This document shows positions 57,721-64,000 of a stretch of 64,000 nt of DNA, in pieces; positions within the stretch are counted from its first letter, which is position 1; each line of letters begins with the position of its first letter. Both the position numbers and the translations under genes were made by a program. The stretch comes from Octopus vulgaris (Eukaryota), in the NCBI GenBank assembly GCA_951406725.2, contig OX597816.1, forward strand, positions 159,712,001 through 159,776,000. The letters run 5' to 3'. The notes beneath the pieces are model-generated. The model made no database searches. It was given only the letters and a program-made list of their open reading frames with translations, and was not told where the DNA came from.

Positions 57721-59994
57721 TTTATTTGTAGCAGATTAAAAATATGCAGAAATATCTGCAATACAGTTACCTATATCAGTTTTTCTCTATTTTTCACGAT
57801 GTCACTCAAAATATAAACTCCTTCCAGTTGAAGTGACATTAGAGATTCAAGTAATATAACATATCCCTACAAACATGAGTGCAGGAATGAAATTTGCTTT
57901 GGGGCTGCAAACCCAGGTCCAAAGATTTTTTTTACGAACAAGGTCAAGTTTTTCAATCTTAATATCAAAATAAACACAGGTATAATAATAATAATAATAA
58001 CAATAATAACAATAATAACAATAATAGTAATAACAACAACAATGGTTTCAAAGTTTGCTACAAGGGCACCAGTTTTTGGGAAGGGGATGAGTCGATTACA
58101 TTGACCCCAGTGTGTAACTGGTACTTATTTTATCAACCCTGAAAGGATGAAAAGCAAAGTTGAACTCAGAACGTAAAGACAGATGAAATGTTGCTAAGCA
58201 GTTTGCCTGGTGTGCTAATGGTTCCGCCAGCTCGCCACCTTAATAATAATAATAATCATCATCATCATCATCATATTTATACATCAGTCAAATCAGATAA
58301 ATCCAATAATAGAAAAATAATGTTTCAAATTAATTCAAAAGTATTTGTTTGCTTGTTTTGTTTTTGTGATGAAGTTTTTTAGGAGGATGTTCAAAGCATT
58401 TTCGGTGTCCCATCAAAATTTTAGGGCATGTACTTGCACCCACTGCATTCCCTGTTCCTCAGCCTGTGCCTACAAAGGTTGGTGAAGTACACATTTTGAA
58501 TTAGACAGCATTTATAAAAATAAGGTTTTACATGTAAACATGTTCTATATAGGTTCATGTTTATAAGTCAATACTGCAATTCAAGTGTTGTAGGAAACAC
58601 AAATATACATGATTGGCATTTAACGTTTCCATACTTGCATCGGTCAGATGGAATGTGTTTTCTGAGTTTATTGAGGCAAATTTTCTGTAGCCAGATTTCT
58701 TCCTATTTCCAACCCTCACCTGTTTCCAATCAAGGTAATATCTTCCCATAGCTTGACATGTTTTTCATGGAAGACTGGAAGCAAACAACCTCACTTGTAT
58801 GATAGTGATGCTCATTCACAACCGTCATGCGATGGCTAGACAAAGGTAAGCACAAACATACACACACATACGTGTGTGTGTGTGTGTGTGTCTGTCTACT
58901 AAATCTACTCACAAGGCTTTGATTGAACCAGGGCCTATAGTAGAAGACCCTTTCCCAAGGTGCTGTACAATGGGTTTGAACCTAAGATCACATGGTTGGG
59001 AAACAAGCTTCTCCATCATATAGTCACAGTTGCAGCTATGGTAGTTATGCCTGCACTTTTTAGCCATACCTGCATCTACATATATTTGTGGATTAAAGTT
59101 CTTTTTGTGTCAAACATACAGTGCAAAAGGAAAGATATGTGAAATTAAAGTGCATAAACTGGGTAGTGTGTTGTGTTCTTGAGTAAAACCCTTCATTTCA
59201 TATTGCTCTAGTGCCGTGTGGGGATCAGCATGCCAAAGAACAGACCCAGTGTTTCCTCTTTGTGTTGTAAAAAGGTGACTGAAAGAGGTTGAAGTAGGAT
59301 TTGCCCTCTGACCTCATAAAACCCTCACCAGAAATGACTACCCAAACAGATCCATGGGTTGGAGAGTTACCTGAGTAGTACAAAGGTGTCATCTGCCAGG
59401 ATTAGGAAATCATCAAAAAAGGGTGGATGCAGCTATATGCTGTTAGAGCACAGGTCCAGATACAGTACAGTACAGTTTGAGTTGAGTAATTCAGTAAACA
59501 GTAATTAAACTTTTTTTTATCTCATTCATCATCAACATCTAACGTCCATTTTCTATGCTGGCATGGGTTGGACAGTTTGACAGTGTCGGTGAGACAGAGC
59601 AATGCACCAAACTCCAAAGTCTGTTTTGGCATAGTTTCTATGACTCAATGTCCTTCCTAACACCAACCAATTCACAAAATATACTGGGTGCTTTTTATGT
59701 GGCAATGGCACTAGTGAGGCAACCAAGTAATTTACAAGACAATATTCTTCAACTTAGGTGAGAGTAGTATTGAGGGAGGTGGCTCTATGCCAGGTGATGA
59801 GGGGCTAAAGCATGATAGAGGGAGAAGAATTGGTGTTTTGCTGTAGGGAGGGATATGTGGTTATCCCAAATGGGAAAGAAAGATGGTGGTAATATGTCTG
59901 GGCAGACCTTCAAGTTATAGAAGGTGAATTAAAATATGTTTTACTTGGACATGTCTGGCTAAGATGAATCTACTTTTTTAATGATCTGTATTAC

Positions 59995-60084
59995 ATTGGT
60001 ATTCACTATTACAACATCGAAGATTTGACTGTATCCTTCATAGCTGTCTCTGCTTTGTGAATCATCCTGTTTTGGAAGAGATAT
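59995..60084 (-). other. candidate 90-nt minus-strand exon (ISLPKQDDSQSRDSYEGYSQIFDVVIVNTN)
   Basis: aatttgaacag acceptor, gtaata donor, open phase-0 frame; splice sites only moderate. Confidence 0.2.
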
Positions 60085-60195
60085 CTGTTCAAATTACATA
60101 TTTGAAAGCTCACACAAAAAAGTGATACACACACACACATGTGTGTGTGCTGTATGTATTTATATATATATATAGGTATCATCATCAATGTATGA

Positions 60196-60239
<44 letters not shown>

Positions 60240-63117
60240 GTGTGCGTGTATGTATGTATGAATGATGTATATTATACATCTTGAAGAACTACAATACAAA
60301 ACTGCCATGTTTTCAGCTTCAGGCAACCTCACAAAGATTCACACAATATATAAAGACATTTCAGACTCTTGTTGGCCTAATTTCAAAAGTGTTTCCTTCC
60401 TTTTACATTGAACAACAACTTCAATCACAATCTCCTTTCTGCCTTGCTAGGCGTTAGGAAAAGTAGTTCTTAACAAAAGACTAACACTCAAACCATAACC
60501 CCATATCAGGCAAAATAGACAAAGTTTATTACAAAAAGTTTTAACTATTACCAAATTATTTATATTTTTCATAGTTTTTTTTTTTAGCTTTATTACTTTT
60601 CTTAATTTCCTGTCCTTTCAGAAATGCAATTAAAGAAACAATATAAAATCTTTAATTAATATAGCCACGAGCCAGGTTGTGTTGTTAAGAAGTATGCATT
60701 TCAACTATGTAGTTTCCAACCAATGCCTTGTGAGTGAATTTGGTAGAAAGAAACAGTGTAGCAGCCCTGTGTGTGTGTGTGTGTGTGTATGCGTGTGTGC
60801 ATGCCTGTGTGTTTGTGTAGTCCTCCACCAATGCTTGGAACTATGTTGGTTTATTTATGTCCTTAAACTTAGCAGTTTAGCAAAAAAGAGTCCATACAAT
60901 AAGTACCAGACTTGAAAAAAAAAAGAGTTGATTTGTTTGATTAAACCATTCAAGGCGGTGCCCCAGCATGGTCACAATCCATTTAATGAAACAAGTAAAT
61001 GATAAAAAGTAATGTTAATTTCTTAAGAAGGAGTGAAGCAAGAAGTTATTACCTTCTTGTTTTTCTTAAGACATTTTGTACAGTTGGAAAAAACCATGTC
61101 TTGGATTCCATTGATCATCAAGCTAATATCATTCCACAAAGGCTGGCGAGCTGGCAGAATCATTAGCATGCCAGGCGAAATGCTTAGTGGTATTTTTCTG
61201 CCATTACTTTCTGAGTTCAAATTCCACTGAGGTCGACTTTGCCTTTCACCCTTTCGGGGTCGATTAAATAAGTACCAGTTACCCACTGGGGTTAATGTAA
61301 TTGACTTAATCCCTTTGTCTGTCCTTGTTTGTTCTCTCTATGTTTAGCCCCCAGTTGGCAATAATGAAATAAATATCATTCCACATCATTTAATGTCCAT
61401 ATTCCATATTGGCATGGATTAAATGGTTCAAAATGATCCTACAAGCCACCTGTGAAGGTTTGTGGCTTAGTGGTTAGGGAATTCAGTTCGTTGTGTCCTT
61501 GAGCAAGACACTTTATTTCACTTTGTTCCAGTCCACTCAGCTGACAAAATTGAACTATACCTATATTTACAAAGGGCCAGCCTTGTCACATTCTTTGTCA
61601 TGCTGAATCTCCCTGAGAACTACATTAAGGTTAGGTGTGGCTGTGGAATGCTCAGCCACTTGCACATTAATTTCATTAGCAGGCTGTTCTGTTGATTGAA
61701 TGTACTGGAACCCTCATTGTCATAACTGACTGAGTACCAATTGTATTCCACTGTCTGCTGTGGAAAGGTTTCTGTGGTCAAATGCCTTTCTTTATGCTTA
61801 CAACTTAACAGAGTATACTGGGTGGTTTTTCATGGCACCAGCACTTGTGAAGTCATCAAGTAACTCATAAGACAAGGCCCTTTAAGGAGTGGGGGCATAG
61901 AATTGTGGGAGGTGACTTTGTACCAGTTGTTTAGAGGCTGTATTATGATTGGAGTAGAGGAACAGGTGTTTTGCTGTAAAGGAGATACATGGCTGCCCCA
62001 GCAGGAAAGGGAGAAAGGATGATGAAATGAGGAGACAGGGCACATACCTTCAAGATTCAAGAAGGTAGAAAAAAAGAACAGGGTCAGAGAATCAAGAATG
62101 GCCGAATGAATAGGTAGGTTTATGAAAATGGGAAAAGAGAGGGACAGACATTAGATATGAGGATAGAAAAATTGAAAGGAAATTATTAGTTATGTAAAGA
62201 GCAAACTCAGTTTTACAGTAAAGGGGAAATGGGAATCTGTGACCATCATGCTTTTCTCAGTGGTTTCAACAATTCAATTACATCAAAGTGAAATTGTCTG
62301 ACCAGGAATCAAAATTTAAGGAGTAAACATTTTCGAACCCTTTCAGTTCAACAAATATCATCAATAGCCCATCAATTTACCAATTCAAAATACCTGAAAA
62401 CACCTCTCTCTCTCTCAAAATAAGGACCAGTAATATATATAGGTGTTGATTTGGATTTTGCTCTCCTTCCAGACAAATACTGATCTGTTGCTTAATCAAA
62501 ATAGATCAGTATTTTTCTCTAAATTCCTTCAAAGAAATTCTCTGCTCGAAATATCAGAACTTATGTCTCTTCATTCCATGTTGACTTAACTTGTTTTACA
62601 AATATTTTAAAATCAGTATTTTTATTGCAAACAAAGTTACATGTCTTTATTCCCCAAATGTCTTTGGATATCACTTTTAATAACAATAAGTTTATTGTAC
62701 ACAGTACTCACATGCACTATATGTCAGAAGGGTAAAATAAGGGACAGAAAGCAAAAATAAGTCAATGTAGGTTGTCTATTCTATGCTTTGTTCTGGTGTA
62801 CAAAAATGTTTCCAAACATCATGGGTGCTGCACTGTTTATTTTATATTTTATTTTATTTTATAAGTGTGCCCATGTGTGGCCAACATTGTACATGGTGAC
62901 TTGTTAACTTAGGCAAAAATCACAAATATATGAGTGTTTCAATTAATCTCAATATTACTGGTGCTCGTTTTATCAACTTCAGAAAAATAAGTCTCTGTAG
63001 GATTCAATCTCACAACACAAGGAGACATAACTAAATATTACAAGACATTTACTCTGGCAGTCTAGCATTTTTGCAACCCCAATGTTCTCATATTTCTACA
63101 TATTAATCAAATTTATT

Positions 63118-63285
63118 TTCCATATTTATTCATGTATAAGTTGCGCTCCGAATTCAGTGTTAAATATTGGTACAAGATTTTTTCCCTTCATAGTTTTTGC
63201 TTTAACCCATGTATATTGCACCCCAGTTTTTTCCAGTTAAAATCAAGTAAAAAATAGTGCACCTTATACATGAGTAAATATGGTA
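63118..63285. mobile_element. pogo/Tigger-like MITE
   Basis: TTCCATATTTATTCATGTATAAGTTGCGC versus the reverse complement of GTGCACCTTATACATGAGTAAATATGGTA (25/29), with TA at the right end. Confidence 0.8.
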
Positions 63286-63313
63286 CCTCATTTTTTTGTG
63301 TTTCTGTCTATAC

Positions 63314-63504
63314 CAGTGGTTCTCAACCATCTTTTACTTAATGATCTATTTTACTTAGATGGACCTACATTGTCACTCAATATATATAATTAAGAATAGT
63401 ATTAAAAAATTATAAATATTTTGTGTATTGTAAAAGTATAACCAATTTATTGCTTATAAATTTTAACAACATAATCTTATACGGACCCTGGTTGAGAACT
63501 ACTG
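63314..63504. mobile_element. hAT-type MITE
   Basis: TIRs CAGTGGTTCTCAACC / GGTTGAGAACTACTG. Flanks GTCTATAC and GTGTATAT match 6/8, consistent with an 8-bp TSD. Confidence 0.85.
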
Positions 63505-63581
63505 GTGTATATAATATTTCAATTGGCTTGTTACTAATCACCTTCAAATATGATATTTCTACAAACATACTAAATTTTTAA

Positions 63582-63809
63582 CCCTTTAACATTTAAACAT
63601 CTAAACTGGCTATATTGGGCCCAAATATTCTACCTGCTTTATGTTCAAACTGGTCAGATCCAACCTCTCACAACTATCTTACAATATCATTCTAAGACTA
63701 AACAATCACATCATCAAAATTTCAAAGCTACAAGATAATGCATGATTCATTAAAAACAATGTGAATAAATTAGCATTGCGTTTGATAGAGTAATCCAATT
63801 GCTAAAGGG
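63582..63809. mobile_element. piggyBac-type MITE, family 2
   Basis: TTAA-CCCTTTA ... TAAAGGG-TTAA; the body is homologous to 29278-29492. Confidence 0.85.
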
Positions 63810-64000
63810 TTAAGCAAGGCTTGAACACATGAACTAAATTTCAAATCTGTTATTTATTCACTGTTCTGCAGTCCCTTAGGACAATGCATACTACTCAAAT
63901 AGAAAATTTGTTTACTAATAATTCTTAGGTATATTTTGACTTCAGTGTTGCCAAAACCATATTATATTCTTGGTACTAAAATTTACAACGTAAAAAGAAA

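Noticed and set aside
62476-62514. 12-bp inverted repeat AAATACTGATCT/AGATCAGTATTT as a pre-miRNA
   Set aside because: The stem is too short for a canonical precursor.

Overview
This is AT-rich, repeat-dominated eukaryotic DNA. The repeat families resemble those I recall from octopus/coleoid cephalopod genomes; that assignment is an inference, not database-checked. The window contains no long genuine ORF: every ORF-track entry over about 150 aa is a translation of (TA)n or (CA)n microsatellites. Most of it is tRNA-derived SINEs of several families, degenerate RTE and CR1-like LINE fragments, hAT-, pogo- and piggyBac-type MITEs, and a ~4.6 kb interrupted (TA)n array. Four signals stand out. 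(1) A set of small + strand candidate exons could be the alternatively spliced 3' end of an unidentified gene, with three possible C-termini that each look like a PDZ ligand (GCCFGSSTAL*, ...VTDV*, ...IVKV*); two of these exons are exactly 74 nt from acceptor to stop. (2) Several long near-perfect fold-back hairpins are present, two of them turning on self-complementary microsatellites. (3) At least five degenerate minimal hammerhead-ribozyme-like motifs of the Penelope-associated type occur. (4) A young ~335 bp tandem array is built from a LINE 3'-tail sequence. All gene-model calls are low to moderate confidence and need RNA-seq or homology support.
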